From positions 32,001-96,000 of the forward strand of contig CAVPKK010000003.1 of assembly GCA_963705705.1 (NCBI GenBank): a DNA stretch of 64,000 nucleotides, in the 5' to 3' direction. A model generated the notes under the pieces. The model was not told the origin of the DNA. It did not search any database and saw only the letters and a list, made by a program, of their open reading frames with translations. Of this stretch, positions 8,476 through 19,705 are shown in pieces. The stretch comes from an uncultured bacterium. Its GTDB lineage: Bacteria > Babelota > Babeliae > Babelales > JABCYS01. The translations under genes were made by a program, and so were the position numbers. Positions within the stretch are counted from its first letter, which is position 1. The number at the start of each line of letters is the position of its first letter.

Positions 8476-10602
8476 ATGCATTTAGCAATTTCACTCCTAT
8501 TCATCGCCACGCTAGCAAATTGCGCTGCGCCGAATACCAAAAAATCAGAGACCGTAAAGAAAGGTGAAGGAATGACCATTCGATCTGTTCAAGATGTCAT
8601 CGCTATTTTTCCCAAAACGATTCAAGAAATAGAAGAACGAAAAAAACAAACCCAAGAGCAGACACTTGAAGTGTTACGAGCAATTATTACTTTAGCGCCT
8701 GAAGCACGTACTTTTGAAAATACTGCACGCGCGTTAGATCATGCCATGTCCCATTTTAATGCTGAAGCAAATGCTATTGGTATGTTGGAACATGTAAGCC
8801 CTGATGAGCAGCTGCGCGCTGCATCACATAAAGCTACCGAAGCATTAGCGCATTTTGCTATTGACGCATTTAGCAGTTCGGTTGAACTTTACCATGCATT
8901 CAAGGCCTATGTTGAGGGCAATGCCAAGCAAGAACAGTTAAATCATGAAGAGCGTTATTTCCTTGAAGAAATTATGCTTGAGTTTAAACGAAGTGGGCTT
9001 GATTTGCCGTCAAATAAACTTGAGAAAGTAAAAAAGATAACAAAAGAAATTGCGGCATTGAGCCTCCTATTCAATAAAAATATAGCTGAAGGTCAACGAG
9101 AGATTATAGTAACCCAAGCCGAACTTGGTGGGCTCGATGAAGATTTTATCAATAGTCTCAAGAAGACAGAGGCTGGTGGTTATATTCTTGGCACCGATTA
9201 TCCAACATTTACGGCGGTGATGGAAAATTGCTCCAATGAAGGTACGCGTCGCAAACTATACCTTGCCTTTGGTCAGCGTGCATATCCAGATAACGTTACA
9301 GTGCTTAATGATCTTATTGCTAAGCGTGATGAGTTGGCAAAGCTCGTAGGTTATCCAAGCTATGCTGCATATGACATTGCTAATCAAATGGCTCATACAG
9401 TAGAAACAGTTAGCACATTTCTAGATGGTGTCGCAAGCAAAGCACGCATTAAAGATGAGCAAGAGTTTCGTGAGTTTACCAAGCAACTACCAGAAAGCGT
9501 CGTGTTAACAGATGACGGTTTGCTTAAGCCATGGGACCGTGCTTATCTAATCGCCCAATACAAAAAGCATCATTACAATTTAGATGAACGCCAGCTGGCT
9601 GAATATTTCCCTGCCGAGCACACCATTCAAGGACTCATGCATATTTATGAGCAGTTTATGAGCCTTAAGATGGAAGAAGTACCAATGACTGGTCTTTGGC
9701 ACGAGGATGTTAAGCTGCTCGCTATTTATGATAATAAAAAGGCACTTCTTGGCTACCTTGTTTTAGATCTTTATCCGCGCCCATGTAAATATAGCCATGC
9801 GGCATCATTCGGGATTATGCCTACCACTAAATGTCGTACCAAGGCAACGGAAATTGTTGAAACCATTTATGAGGGTGATCATCATCCGAGCGTTGCCTTA
9901 GATGTGGTAGTCTGCAATTTTCCCAAGGGCTCAAAGACAAGGCCTGCATTGCTTAAGCATCGCGATGTTGAGACTTTCTTCCATGAATTTGGCCACGCTA
10001 TTCATACTATCTTGGGTACAACTGAACTTTCATACTTCTCGGGCACACGTACAAAAACCGATTTTGTGGAGTTGCCTTCACAAATGCTTGAGGAATGGAT
10101 GTGGGATAAAAACATTCTTAAAATGATTAGCCGCAATTATAAAACAGGCGAGAAGCTGCCAGATGATTTGATCGAGAATAAGATTGCGCTTAAAAATCTT
10201 GATATGGGCGCCCAGCTTATGCGGCAACTGTATTTTGGCGAACTTTCTCTTGATTTATATGGCGAAGGCGCTCGCAAGGATATTCCTGCATTAAACAAAC
10301 GTTTATATGCTCAATACCGCCCCAACATGCTTTTTGAACCGAACTACTATGAATACACTGCGTTTGGTCATTTAAGTGAATATGGCGCAAAATATTATTC
10401 ATATCTATGGTCCAAGGTGTTTGCCTTAGATTTATTTGCAGACATTAAAAAGCACGGCTTATTGAACCCTGCTATTGGCACTAAATATGTTGATGAGATA
10501 TTAGCCAAAGGCGGCAGTGTTGATCCAAATCAATTACTTAGAAACTTCTTGGGCAGGCCGCCTAATGACAAAGCTTTCTTCCATGAGTTGGGTCTTAATT
10601 AA
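8476..10602 (+). CDS. M3A family (thimet oligopeptidase-like) Zn-oligopeptidase with lipoprotein-like leader
   Basis: FHEFGHAIH, DFVELPSQMLEEW, YYSYLWS; N-terminal LANC lipobox-like sequence. Confidence 0.93.
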   Translation: MHLAISLLFIATLANCAAPNTKKSETVKKGEGMTIRSVQDVIAIFPKTIQEIEERKKQTQEQTLEVLRAIITLAPEARTFENTARALDHAMSHFNAEANAIGMLEHVSPDEQLRAASHKATEALAHFAIDAFSSSVELYHAFKAYVEGNAKQEQLNHEERYFLEEIMLEFKRSGLDLPSNKLEKVKKITKEIAALSLLFNKNIAEGQREIIVTQAELGGLDEDFINSLKKTEAGGYILGTDYPTFTAVMENCSNEGTRRKLYLAFGQRAYPDNVTVLNDLIAKRDELAKLVGYPSYAAYDIANQMAHTVETVSTFLDGVASKARIKDEQEFREFTKQLPESVVLTDDGLLKPWDRAYLIAQYKKHHYNLDERQLAEYFPAEHTIQGLMHIYEQFMSLKMEEVPMTGLWHEDVKLLAIYDNKKALLGYLVLDLYPRPCKYSHAASFGIMPTTKCRTKATEIVETIYEGDHHPSVALDVVVCNFPKGSKTRPALLKHRDVETFFHEFGHAIHTILGTTELSYFSGTRTKTDFVELPSQMLEEWMWDKNILKMISRNYKTGEKLPDDLIENKIALKNLDMGAQLMRQLYFGELSLDLYGEGARKDIPALNKRLYAQYRPNMLFEPNYYEYTAFGHLSEYGAKYYSYLWSKVFALDLFADIKKHGLLNPAIGTKYVDEILAKGGSVDPNQLLRNFLGRPPNDKAFFHELGLN

Positions 10603-11231
10603 AGCTCTTCGTTGCCGACTTCCTCAATACTTGGCACGACAACTTCAGTAGAATTTCCAAGCGGAGCCGAAGAATGTTCAATATCTTGTTCTTCAGGCTG
10701 TTCAGCTTGATGACGAAGTTGTTTTAGTTCATTTTCCAACAACGTTTGCTTCGTCTCGAGTGCTTGAACTTTGCTTTCAAGATCAGCAACTTTATCCATG
10801 AACTCTGTTGGTATTCCAGCGGGCATTTCTTTTTTCTCTTCGGCTATCGCTTGCGCTACTTCCACTGGCATTACCGGTTCAATAGCTGAAGGAGCTGAAA
10901 GGATTTCTTCTGCCTTTTTCGGGTTCATTGTGGGTTCGGCCAACTGTGTTGGTTCGGTTGCCGTAGGAGCTTTAGCGATTGGGGTCTGGGCAGATTGAGG
11001 TGCCGGTTCTACCGCTTCAATATGATCAGGCGGTGTTGGCATTTGTGGCACTGCAATAGGTGCAGTGGCCTTTGCCTTATTATTCTTTTTATTTGGTTGC
11101 GCGGATAGTGACGTGCTTATGCATAAAAGTCCTATAAGACTGAAGATACACGTAATGGCAAGCAATAAACTTGATTGCTTGGTAGTTTCAGGTGCAATTG
11201 CACTGTAATCGTTGAGCCATTTTTCTTTCAT
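10599..11231 (-). CDS. membrane-anchored Pro/Ala/Glu-rich coiled-coil hypothetical protein
   Basis: AGGAG RBS; N-terminal hydrophobic helix, low-complexity linker, C-terminal heptad-like segment. Confidence 0.7.
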   Translation of the reverse strand: MKEKWLNDYSAIAPETTKQSSLLLAITCIFSLIGLLCISTSLSAQPNKKNNKAKATAPIAVPQMPTPPDHIEAVEPAPQSAQTPIAKAPTATEPTQLAEPTMNPKKAEEILSAPSAIEPVMPVEVAQAIAEEKKEMPAGIPTEFMDKVADLESKVQALETKQTLLENELKQLRHQAEQPEEQDIEHSSAPLGNSTEVVVPSIEEVGNEEL

Positions 11232-11328
11232 GTGAAAACTCTCCTGAGAAATTAAATAATATTCCAAAGTATAACCATATTAATTTTGATAATTCAAATT
11301 AATGAAGGGTTCGTTTCCTTTACCCCGT

Positions 11329-13002
11329 TTACTTCCCTATTCCTGGTAATAAATTAAACGTTGAAGCAGATGGCCGCGGTACATCCAATAAATAGGCGAG
11401 TGTTGGGGCAAGTTGTTGCGCATACACTCGTTTAGTTATCTGCTGTGCTTTTAAATCACTCCGATATATAACCAATGGAATATGCGTATCATAATCATAC
11501 GGCGTCGTATGGGCGACTCCCGTTTTTTCATAGGCAATTAAGGTGAACGGGCGCACCTGCATAATAATTTCACCACTGCGACCAGGAACCAATTGATTCT
11601 GGAAATATGCTTCAAGATCATTCAATTTGAGCTCATAATTTGCTTGTGCCAATTCATCAAATGTCCAAGCACGCAAAATACCGGGAATGCCGGTTACGAT
11701 TTTTTTTGCTTCTTTCAATAGGTTCTTCTGCTTTTCAGTTGGCAGTGAATCAAAAATGGTATGATTTACGTAGAGTTGGTTGCCCAAGCAGGCTTCTATG
11801 ACATTTCCTACATCTAATTTCTTTTTAATATGATTATTAACCGAGTTAACTAATTCGGTGGCGGAAATACGGCGGGCGGCGGTATAACCTTCTTCTTTAA
11901 CAATTTCTGGCAGCGGCATGATGCCATGGTCTGCGCTTAGAACTAACGTTATATTTTGCGCACCATATCGTTTAGTGGCATGGTCAATAAGATCCTGTAT
12001 CGATTTATCCGTATGATAAATCATATCAATAGTTTCTAAACTATCTGGTCCATAGGGGTGTCCAATTTTATCCAGGCCACTATATGAAACCCATAGCAGT
12101 AAATTCTCCGGCTTTTTATAATCGGCATAGGTATCAATGCAATTTTTTGCCAATTCGGTGAGCAGTTTATTACCATAGGGCATTGCAGAAAGCGTGTAAT
12201 ACGTGCCGTGTTCGTCAAGGCCTTCTTCATTATATGCGTCAAGTTCTATGGTGGTGCCCGCAATTCGTCCGGTATGTTCTTTTAATCCCCATGAACCTGC
12301 AAAGTTATAGTTATTAATATTATTGAACTGATAGGCCGGATTTTTAAGCTGATAAGCCAAATCCCATTTTACTGTTTTTAGTTCATCAACTTTGTGCTTG
12401 CGATTAAAGGTCATTACCCAACTGGGTAAGTTAGGCATAAATGCCTTGCTGCTGGTAAACCAGCCCGTTTCCATATCAAGCCAGAAGGGTAGGCCTGCAT
12501 GGCCCGCCATGGCAATTGCTGCGCGACTTTTAAGAGAAAGGGCGATCGCCTCAAATCGTTCTTGTGGGCTGGAGCGCAGCATCACTTGATCGGATAAGGT
12601 ATCAACCCGCATGTTTTTTGCCGATTTCCCTTGCTTATGAAGACCATCTTTGGCAAAAACTGCTGTTGTTTCAACATCTTGGTCGTAATCAGATGCTATC
12701 ATTTTGCCTTTATCATTAATCCATTGATTACCCACTAGGCCATGGTCTTTGGCGAGTGTTCCCGTAGCAAAAGCAGCATGGCCGACAGCCGTTTGTGGAT
12801 AGCCATGCGGCATATAGCATTGTTCGTACACCAGACCATTTTTGAGCATAAAGCCGATACCGCCGGTCAAATATTTTTTGAGTTTTTGCAGTTCATGATA
12901 GGCAAATTGGTCTACGACCATGACTAAGGTCAGCTTTGGTTTTTTAGCAAATAGTGGCGTGATGGCAAATACGCTTAATAGTATTAGTCGTCGGAACTTC
13001 AT
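11329..13002 (-). CDS. alkaline phosphatase superfamily (PafA/NPP-type), exported
   Basis: VVDQF, Thr nucleophile QTAVGHA, SLKSRAAI, DKIGHPYGP, SADHG, YDTHIPL; signal peptide. Confidence 0.9.
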   Translation of the reverse strand: MKFRRLILLSVFAITPLFAKKPKLTLVMVVDQFAYHELQKLKKYLTGGIGFMLKNGLVYEQCYMPHGYPQTAVGHAAFATGTLAKDHGLVGNQWINDKGKMIASDYDQDVETTAVFAKDGLHKQGKSAKNMRVDTLSDQVMLRSSPQERFEAIALSLKSRAAIAMAGHAGLPFWLDMETGWFTSSKAFMPNLPSWVMTFNRKHKVDELKTVKWDLAYQLKNPAYQFNNINNYNFAGSWGLKEHTGRIAGTTIELDAYNEEGLDEHGTYYTLSAMPYGNKLLTELAKNCIDTYADYKKPENLLLWVSYSGLDKIGHPYGPDSLETIDMIYHTDKSIQDLIDHATKRYGAQNITLVLSADHGIMPLPEIVKEEGYTAARRISATELVNSVNNHIKKKLDVGNVIEACLGNQLYVNHTIFDSLPTEKQKNLLKEAKKIVTGIPGILRAWTFDELAQANYELKLNDLEAYFQNQLVPGRSGEIIMQVRPFTLIAYEKTGVAHTTPYDYDTHIPLVIYRSDLKAQQITKRVYAQQLAPTLAYLLDVPRPSASTFNLLPGIGK

Positions 13003-13156
13003 ACATTGCACCTCTGTTGTCTATAGGTCCTCTTTATAACGGTACCATACGAGCGAACCAGAAGTGAATATGCAGGCCTCAAATAGTATAAAAACGCTAG
13101 TGCTTAAGGGCTTAAGGTCCGATGAGCGAGGAATCTTATCTCAAGCCAACTATAAA

Positions 13157-15643
13157 TTAGAATGCTTGGTTCATCGTTAAATGAACTTCGCTGGCCGTTT
13201 CACCAATTTTCTTATTGCGATCAAGCTTGAAGCCCCAATCAACTTGGATTGGAATCGGTGAAAGGATGCGAATGCCTACGCCAACGGCGTGGCGATAGTT
13301 AAAGTGATTGTTGCGCAGATTTCGTGAATTTTCGGGAATTGGAACAGGCGTATGCCAGCCTGCACCGCCATCATAGAATGCTGCAGCCTTCATAGAGAAA
13401 TCTTGTTTTATTGGGAAAATAAGTTCGACGTTAAGCCAGAAGGCATTCGATGCACCAATACTATCGGTACGCCAATTTGGCCCAATCTGACCGAAGGTGA
13501 ATCCTCGGACCGTTGCCGGACCGCCGATATGATAGATTTCGCGGTATGGAATAGTATGTCGCCCGAAATTCTGGACGGTGCCAACGTGGCCATGCAAGCT
13601 CAATATAAGATCATTCTCGCCAATAAGTGAAGTGAACCAAGCAGCATCGGCATCAAATTTTATAAAGCCATAATTTGGATTGTCTGTACGGATGGCATTT
13701 AAATTGCTTTCAGGGCTATGTATCGGTATGCCAATTTTAAGGTTTGCATACCATCGTTGACCGCGAGTCGGGTGAATTGGATGGTTGCGGCGATCTTGGT
13801 CGAGTGATAGTAAGGTCCAAGCATATGTACCTGGCTGGAAGAACCAGTTAATTATTCGCTGGAATTGGGCTTGGCCTTCTGCATCGCCAGGAACAAAGGC
13901 CATTGGTTGGTTTCGATAATGAATATTTTCTGCCCCAAGTTCAGCGGCCATATGGATGTCATATGGTGCCCACATCAATCCGACACCAGCTGAACCGCCG
14001 GCTCGGCGTTCGCGAACTTCTTGGGTAACAAAATGGAAATCCTCATATTGTACGGCAGTAGCATATAAGTTTGCGACGCCAGACATTGGTCGATTAAATA
14101 ACCATGGCGTAGCGAGAGAAAGAGATCCGCTTTGCTCCGCACGTGATAGGGCAAGATTTAGATTATAGCGAATGCCATAGCCGTGGAAGTTGCTATCTGC
14201 AAATCCAATATTTGCTTGCAAGGTATGCAGAGGATTTTGATAATCTTCAAAGGAACCATTGGTATTTACCTGTAGCGTAAATTGTCCAGTACGTACTTCT
14301 TTCAAAATGAGATCAAGATCGGCCAAGTCGTCGGCTATGCGATTGATTTTCCAATTAACCCCTTCACGCTTGTCAAAGAAGCCAAGAAATTCAACACGAT
14401 TCTTTGATTGTTCCATATTGCGCGAAGTAATCCAGTCTCCTTCATCAACCACCATCTGCCGGCGAACAATATAATCGCGTGTCTTTTTATTGCCCACAAT
14501 GTTGATGCGGCGTACGCGCACTTTACTACCTAATTCGGTATACAAAGAAACATTTACTGTTTTAGTTTCCTCGTTTGGTTGAATTGAAGGTTCGATGTCG
14601 GTGAATATATAACCACTTTCACCCCAGAAGGTACGAAGCGCTTCAATAGATCGTTGGATGAGAATAGAAGAAAAGAGCATCCCCTTTTTTATAGGTACGA
14701 TGCGCAATAATTGTTCTTCAGACATAAATTCATTGCCTGGAACCTTAATATCGCCAAAGTAATATACTTCGCCTTCGTCGATATGGTAGGTAATATTAAA
14801 ATTTGCGTTGGGATCGGTTTCTACAGTTACATCTACCACTTTTGCATTGAGATATCCGCTGTTTTTGTAAAACATTTCAATGGCGTGTCGGTCAGCCTCA
14901 AGCATTTCTGGATGGAACATGCCGCTTGAGTCTAAAAAGCTAAATAACCATTGTTCGCGGGAATATAGTAAGCTGCGTAACTGCTTGCTGTTGGCATGCT
15001 TATTGCCGGTAAAACGGATGCGACGGACTGAGGAATGCTTACCTTCGTCTACGGTAAAAGTAGCAACTGTTTGATCATCTTCGGTTTCTGTGCTCGGGGT
15101 GATAATTGTATGATGGTATCCCTTTTCGAGATACATCTTCTTAATAATTTGAGCGAATTTAGTGAGCTCTTCAGCATCTATGGCCTGAACTTTTGAAAAG
15201 TCGATCTTTTTACGAATTTCCTTTTCCGATAAATTATTGTTGCCTACAAAGCGAACCTCACGCAAACGTGACTTCTCAGTCACCGCAACATGTAGGTTCA
15301 TCTCATCATTTGGCAATTCTTCGGCTTGAAACTCGATATAACGGAAATAACCCATAGCATACAATTTGCGTAAGCTATTTCCTGATTCTCGCAGGCGAAA
15401 TGTTTCGCCTTTTTTCCAGGAGAGCCGGTGCAATATGGCATCGACCGAAACAGTTTTGTTACCTGAAATAATAATATCTTTAATACGCGGAGCATATGCA
15501 GGCGCCGACGATTCAGATACATCCTCACCCGATTCAGGCACGGAACTGTTCTGCGCTGGGCTTGGTTGTATATCATTGTGTTCTTGCCCAAGGAGGCTGC
15601 CGAACAGGGCTAATGATGCTAATACTAGTGGGAGAAATCTCAT
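13157..15643 (-). CDS. bamA: outer membrane protein assembly factor
   Basis: Signal peptide, POTRA repeats (GNKTV, GNNNL, GNKKTRDYIVRR), VRGF motif, C-terminal Phe. Confidence 0.95.
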   Translation of the reverse strand: MRFLPLVLASLALFGSLLGQEHNDIQPSPAQNSSVPESGEDVSESSAPAYAPRIKDIIISGNKTVSVDAILHRLSWKKGETFRLRESGNSLRKLYAMGYFRYIEFQAEELPNDEMNLHVAVTEKSRLREVRFVGNNNLSEKEIRKKIDFSKVQAIDAEELTKFAQIIKKMYLEKGYHHTIITPSTETEDDQTVATFTVDEGKHSSVRRIRFTGNKHANSKQLRSLLYSREQWLFSFLDSSGMFHPEMLEADRHAIEMFYKNSGYLNAKVVDVTVETDPNANFNITYHIDEGEVYYFGDIKVPGNEFMSEEQLLRIVPIKKGMLFSSILIQRSIEALRTFWGESGYIFTDIEPSIQPNEETKTVNVSLYTELGSKVRVRRINIVGNKKTRDYIVRRQMVVDEGDWITSRNMEQSKNRVEFLGFFDKREGVNWKINRIADDLADLDLILKEVRTGQFTLQVNTNGSFEDYQNPLHTLQANIGFADSNFHGYGIRYNLNLALSRAEQSGSLSLATPWLFNRPMSGVANLYATAVQYEDFHFVTQEVRERRAGGSAGVGLMWAPYDIHMAAELGAENIHYRNQPMAFVPGDAEGQAQFQRIINWFFQPGTYAWTLLSLDQDRRNHPIHPTRGQRWYANLKIGIPIHSPESNLNAIRTDNPNYGFIKFDADAAWFTSLIGENDLILSLHGHVGTVQNFGRHTIPYREIYHIGGPATVRGFTFGQIGPNWRTDSIGASNAFWLNVELIFPIKQDFSMKAAAFYDGGAGWHTPVPIPENSRNLRNNHFNYRHAVGVGIRILSPIPIQVDWGFKLDRNKKIGETASEVHLTMNQAF

Positions 15644-15802
15644 CTACTTTAACTTCCTGAGATGGAGCAAATTTCATTTTGGAGCAGCAAGATTAACAGA
15701 TTGCGCTGTAATGCTCTACCGTGTTCGAGAAAGTTCGTAATCGAGCACGGATAATTTGCTCCAAGAGAAGCGGCGGCGGATCAGGAAAATATTTGGAATA
15801 AG

Positions 15803-16930
15803 TTAGGCACGAGCCTGCATTAATTGATATAAATCATTGAGCAATTTGCCTTGCCAGGTTGCAGATGAGAATTGGTCAAGCGTTTGCTGAACCAGCGACA
15901 GCACAGAAAGTCCTGATTCGTCAGGAGTGGTAGGATCACAATCGGTTTCGTTAAGTAGTTCCTGCACAATGGCCATACGTGTTTCTGCTTCAGCCTCGAG
16001 AAGCTGTTTCTTTTTTCCGCCTTTAAGTTTTGCAAATATTGAGCTAAAAAAGCCTGTGTTTGCGGTAGCCCGAATCTTTTCATCATCGTCAGAGCTATCT
16101 TTTGGGCTTTCAATTTTCTTTTTCTTCTTCTTCTTCTTAAGTTGCCACCAATGTTTTTTCTTAGCCTTTATTTCTTCAGCTGATGAACTTGCGCTTGAAG
16201 AATCACTTGGCGCAGAAGGTGAACTTAAAACAGGTGGTTTGGTATCACTTTTATCGCTATCGCTCTGAGAAATGCTCACATGTCTGCTATGGTCGCTATT
16301 GATACTTGGGGTCATCGCGCCGCTTCGATCTACATTTTGCGTTGGGCTTGGATTCGGACTTGAAATTGGACATTCCGAATCTGAATGGTGCGAGCGCACT
16401 GATACCGGGCCATGGCCTGGTTTATCTTCTTTTGGGAGTTTTGTTGGCGGAAGGTCTCCGTCAAGCCCATCCTCAGATTCCGTCGCCGACTTGTCGTCTT
16501 TTGACTGTTCTTTCTTGGACCATCGCCATCCTAAAAGTAAAACAGCTGCACCGCTTACGGTGCCGGCACCGACTTGCATATACCACCAGGTGTTTCCTGT
16601 TGCTGTTGCCATGCCCAAGGAATCGATTAATTGAGTTACCGCAAGCATTAATGCTTGGCGATTAGTAGACTTAAATACTTCATGATGAGCGGATGATTGT
16701 AAAATAAACTGAACTTCTTCTAAATCACCGCGTTTTATCGCTTCGGTAAGTGGATTTTGTAGCAAGGTAGATTCAAATTCAGTAGCTTGCGTGCGGCTGA
16801 CACTTTTAATAGCTGTGTTACAGACGTGTAAAATTTTCTCGCCAAACGAAGAAACATTGGTTGTTGAACACCCAATTTCCCCCGAACCTATAAAGGTTCC
16901 AACGAGAATTAGAAAATATACATTGCGCAT
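15803..16930 (-). CDS. secreted/membrane protein with ankyrin-like segments, Ser-rich insert and poly-Lys tract
   Basis: NPLTEAIKRGDLEEVQFIL, one TM segment, low-complexity region, K8 run, IVQELLNETDCDPTTPDESGLSVL. Confidence 0.72.
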   Translation of the reverse strand: MRNVYFLILVGTFIGSGEIGCSTTNVSSFGEKILHVCNTAIKSVSRTQATEFESTLLQNPLTEAIKRGDLEEVQFILQSSAHHEVFKSTNRQALMLAVTQLIDSLGMATATGNTWWYMQVGAGTVSGAAVLLLGWRWSKKEQSKDDKSATESEDGLDGDLPPTKLPKEDKPGHGPVSVRSHHSDSECPISSPNPSPTQNVDRSGAMTPSINSDHSRHVSISQSDSDKSDTKPPVLSSPSAPSDSSSASSSAEEIKAKKKHWWQLKKKKKKKKIESPKDSSDDDEKIRATANTGFFSSIFAKLKGGKKKQLLEAEAETRMAIVQELLNETDCDPTTPDESGLSVLSLVQQTLDQFSSATWQGKLLNDLYQLMQARA

Positions 16931-17039
16931 GATTATTCCTCATTACAAACACAATGTACTACAGGCAGTTGATGAATAGCTTTAGTTGTTCGTAAAAAGT
17001 GGCTTTTATAGTCTTTGAAAAAGGATTTTCTGATGCAAT

Positions 17040-19448
17040 TTAACCAACCACAAAACTTATCATGCGACCTGGTACGTAAATGACCTTACGAATCGTTTTG
17101 CCCTCAAGGTGCTTGGCAATAACTTTTTCCGCCTGTTCGCGAACTGTTTTTTCATGTTCTTCAACATTGATGGTTATATCGCCGCGAACTTTGCCATTTA
17201 CCTGGATTGGAATAGTTATTGATGAAACGGCGGCAAGATGCGGATCATAGGAGGGCCATGAACAGTCTGAAAGTTTCTTATGCAATACCTGTTCAAGCAG
17301 CTCACTACACAAATGTGGCGTGATAACTGAAAGTGATACTAAAACTTTTTCAAGACTGTCAGAACCAAGCTTATCATCTGCGGCGATTGCTTCATTTAAC
17401 CAAATCATTGCTGCTGAAATAGCAGTATTTGGTTTAAAATGTTCAAGCTTTTCTTGATAGCTTGCGAGGAATCTGTGAACACGTTTTGTGGCATCGATGG
17501 TTTCAACGCCGCCATTAGCCTTTGTGCAAAAGTTCCAAAATTTATTTAAAAAGCGAGACATGCCAACTAGGCCGTTATCCTGCCATTCGCAATCAAGTTC
17601 CGGTGGTCCAAGGAATAAAATATATGTTCGTAAGGCATCGCTTCCGTAGATGCGCACCATCTCATCCGGATCGACCACATTGCCTTTGGACTTGGACATT
17701 TTTTCTACCACGCCCGACTTTTCAGAGTATTTTAATACCATGCCCTGATTGAATAAGTGAGCAAATGGTTCGGAGAAAGGAAGGTGGCCAAGATCATGCA
17801 ACACCTGCGTATAAAAACGTGCGTAGAGTAAATGCAAAATGGCATGTTCAACACCGCCAACGTACAGATCAACGGGCATCCAACAGACCATATCTTTTTG
17901 ATCAAAGGGTTTGTCGGAAAGATGTGGGTTAGGATAGCGTAAAAAGTACCAGCTAGATCCAGCCCACTGAGGCATGGTATTTGTTTCACGTTTCGCTGGC
18001 CCACCGCATATTGGGCATGAGGTATTTACCCATGATGCAATGCCAGCAAGCGGCGATTCTCCGGTTCCGGTCGGTTCATATCGTTCAACATCAGGCAAGG
18101 TGACCGGTAATTGATCTTCAGGAACGGGAACTATGCCATCCTTCGGGCAATGAATAAGTGGTATTGGTTCGCCCCAATAACGTTGTCGTGAAAATACCCA
18201 ATCACGCATTTTATAGGTTGTTTTTGCTATGCCGCATTTATTTTTTTCAAGGTATTCCAAGGCGGCCGTTTTTGCTTTTTCCGGATCTAGTCCATCAAGG
18301 AAGCGACTATTCACGATTAGTTCTTTGGCAGCAGGAAGCTGGAATTCACCCTCAACTGCTCTAAGTGCTACATCAACTGGTTGGACAACATGCACAATCG
18401 GTAGATTGTATTTCTTTGCAAATACGAAATCGCGTTCATCGTGCCCGGGCACGCCCATTACAATACCAGTGCCATAGCCACTTAATACATAGTCGGCAAC
18501 GTAGATTGGAATATACGTATCTGAAACAGGATTCTTGGCATAGGAGCCAGTGAATACGCCTGTTTTTTCCTTTTCTGATTCAGATCGATTCGGTTCATGC
18601 GATGCGTTGACTATATATTCATCAACCGCTTTCTGTTGATCCTGAGTAACTAATTTTGAAACGAGATTGTGATCGGGCGCTATAGCTAAAAATGTTATGC
18701 CAAATATGGTATCCGCTCGTGTGGTAAATACCGGAAGGGTGAGCGAGTTTGCAGTGAAATATACCTCTGCGCCAACGCTTTTGCCTATCCAGTTGCGCTG
18801 CATTAATTTTACTTTTTCTGGCCACTGCAAATTATCTAGGCCAGTCAATAGCTTTTCTGCATATGCGGTAATGCGCAACATCCATTGTGGGATCTGTTTT
18901 TGTTCTACTGGCGTGCCGCAACGTTCGCATTTACCATCAATTACTTCTTCGTTGGCCAAACCAGTTTTATCGTGCGGGCACCAATTGATAGGGCGGTCGG
19001 AACGATAGGCGAGTCCCGCCTTAAACATTTGCAGGAATATCCACTGCGTCCATTTATAATAATCGGGATCGGTGGTGTTGATTTCCTTATCCCAATCATA
19101 AATTGCAGCTAAATGTTGAAGCTGTCGTTTAAAATTGGCGATATTGGCCGCAGTGCTCACTTGGGGTTTGATGCCGCGTTTAATAGCATCATTCTCGGCA
19201 GGCAAGCCAAAGGCATCCCAGCCCATAGGGTGAAGAACGTTATAGCCTTCTAGCCATTTTATTCGTGCATAAACATCTGAAAGGACATACCCTCGCCAAT
19301 GGCCCACATGCAGCCCGGCCCCGGAAGGGTAGGGGAACATATCAAGGCAGTAGAATTTCTTTTGGTGATCTGCTGGTTTAGTTCGAAAAGGATGTTTGGC
19401 CCAATAGGCTTCCCATTTTTTTTCAATTTCCGTAAAGGTATAGTCCAT
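17040..19448 (-). CDS. leuS: leucine--tRNA ligase
   Basis: [26 protein letters not shown]. Confidence 0.99.
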   Translation of the reverse strand: MDYTFTEIEKKWEAYWAKHPFRTKPADHQKKFYCLDMFPYPSGAGLHVGHWRGYVLSDVYARIKWLEGYNVLHPMGWDAFGLPAENDAIKRGIKPQVSTAANIANFKRQLQHLAAIYDWDKEINTTDPDYYKWTQWIFLQMFKAGLAYRSDRPINWCPHDKTGLANEEVIDGKCERCGTPVEQKQIPQWMLRITAYAEKLLTGLDNLQWPEKVKLMQRNWIGKSVGAEVYFTANSLTLPVFTTRADTIFGITFLAIAPDHNLVSKLVTQDQQKAVDEYIVNASHEPNRSESEKEKTGVFTGSYAKNPVSDTYIPIYVADYVLSGYGTGIVMGVPGHDERDFVFAKKYNLPIVHVVQPVDVALRAVEGEFQLPAAKELIVNSRFLDGLDPEKAKTAALEYLEKNKCGIAKTTYKMRDWVFSRQRYWGEPIPLIHCPKDGIVPVPEDQLPVTLPDVERYEPTGTGESPLAGIASWVNTSCPICGGPAKRETNTMPQWAGSSWYFLRYPNPHLSDKPFDQKDMVCWMPVDLYVGGVEHAILHLLYARFYTQVLHDLGHLPFSEPFAHLFNQGMVLKYSEKSGVVEKMSKSKGNVVDPDEMVRIYGSDALRTYILFLGPPELDCEWQDNGLVGMSRFLNKFWNFCTKANGGVETIDATKRVHRFLASYQEKLEHFKPNTAISAAMIWLNEAIAADDKLGSDSLEKVLVSLSVITPHLCSELLEQVLHKKLSDCSWPSYDPHLAAVSSITIPIQVNGKVRGDITINVEEHEKTVREQAEKVIAKHLEGKTIRKVIYVPGRMISFVVG

Positions 19449-19643
19449 AAAATGTCCGTTAAAAGTTGAAAAGGGCCATAAGCATACCATCAGCGGGCTT
19501 CAAGGCTAAGTGCTCAGGGCTGGCAAAAAATCGGCTATTGTTTTTTAGCCGGAGAAGGTTAATATTACCCGCTTTCAAACGTCCAGCTGAACATTTGATT
19601 TATAGCGACGAAACATGGTCTGCTCGCGGTAAAATTCTGCTCA

Positions 19644-19699
19644 CCCTGCCTGTCTAAGGTAGCGGAATGCGAGTGGCATAGTGGCAATGACAGGCGGGG
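19644..19699 (+). promoter_or_regulatory. 5'-leader hairpin covering the presumptive RBS of the HD gene
   Basis: ccctgcctgtc pairs with gacaggcgggg; TAAAAT -10-like element at 19630-19635; ATG at 19706. Confidence 0.4.
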
Positions 19700-19705
19700 C
19701 GTGCC

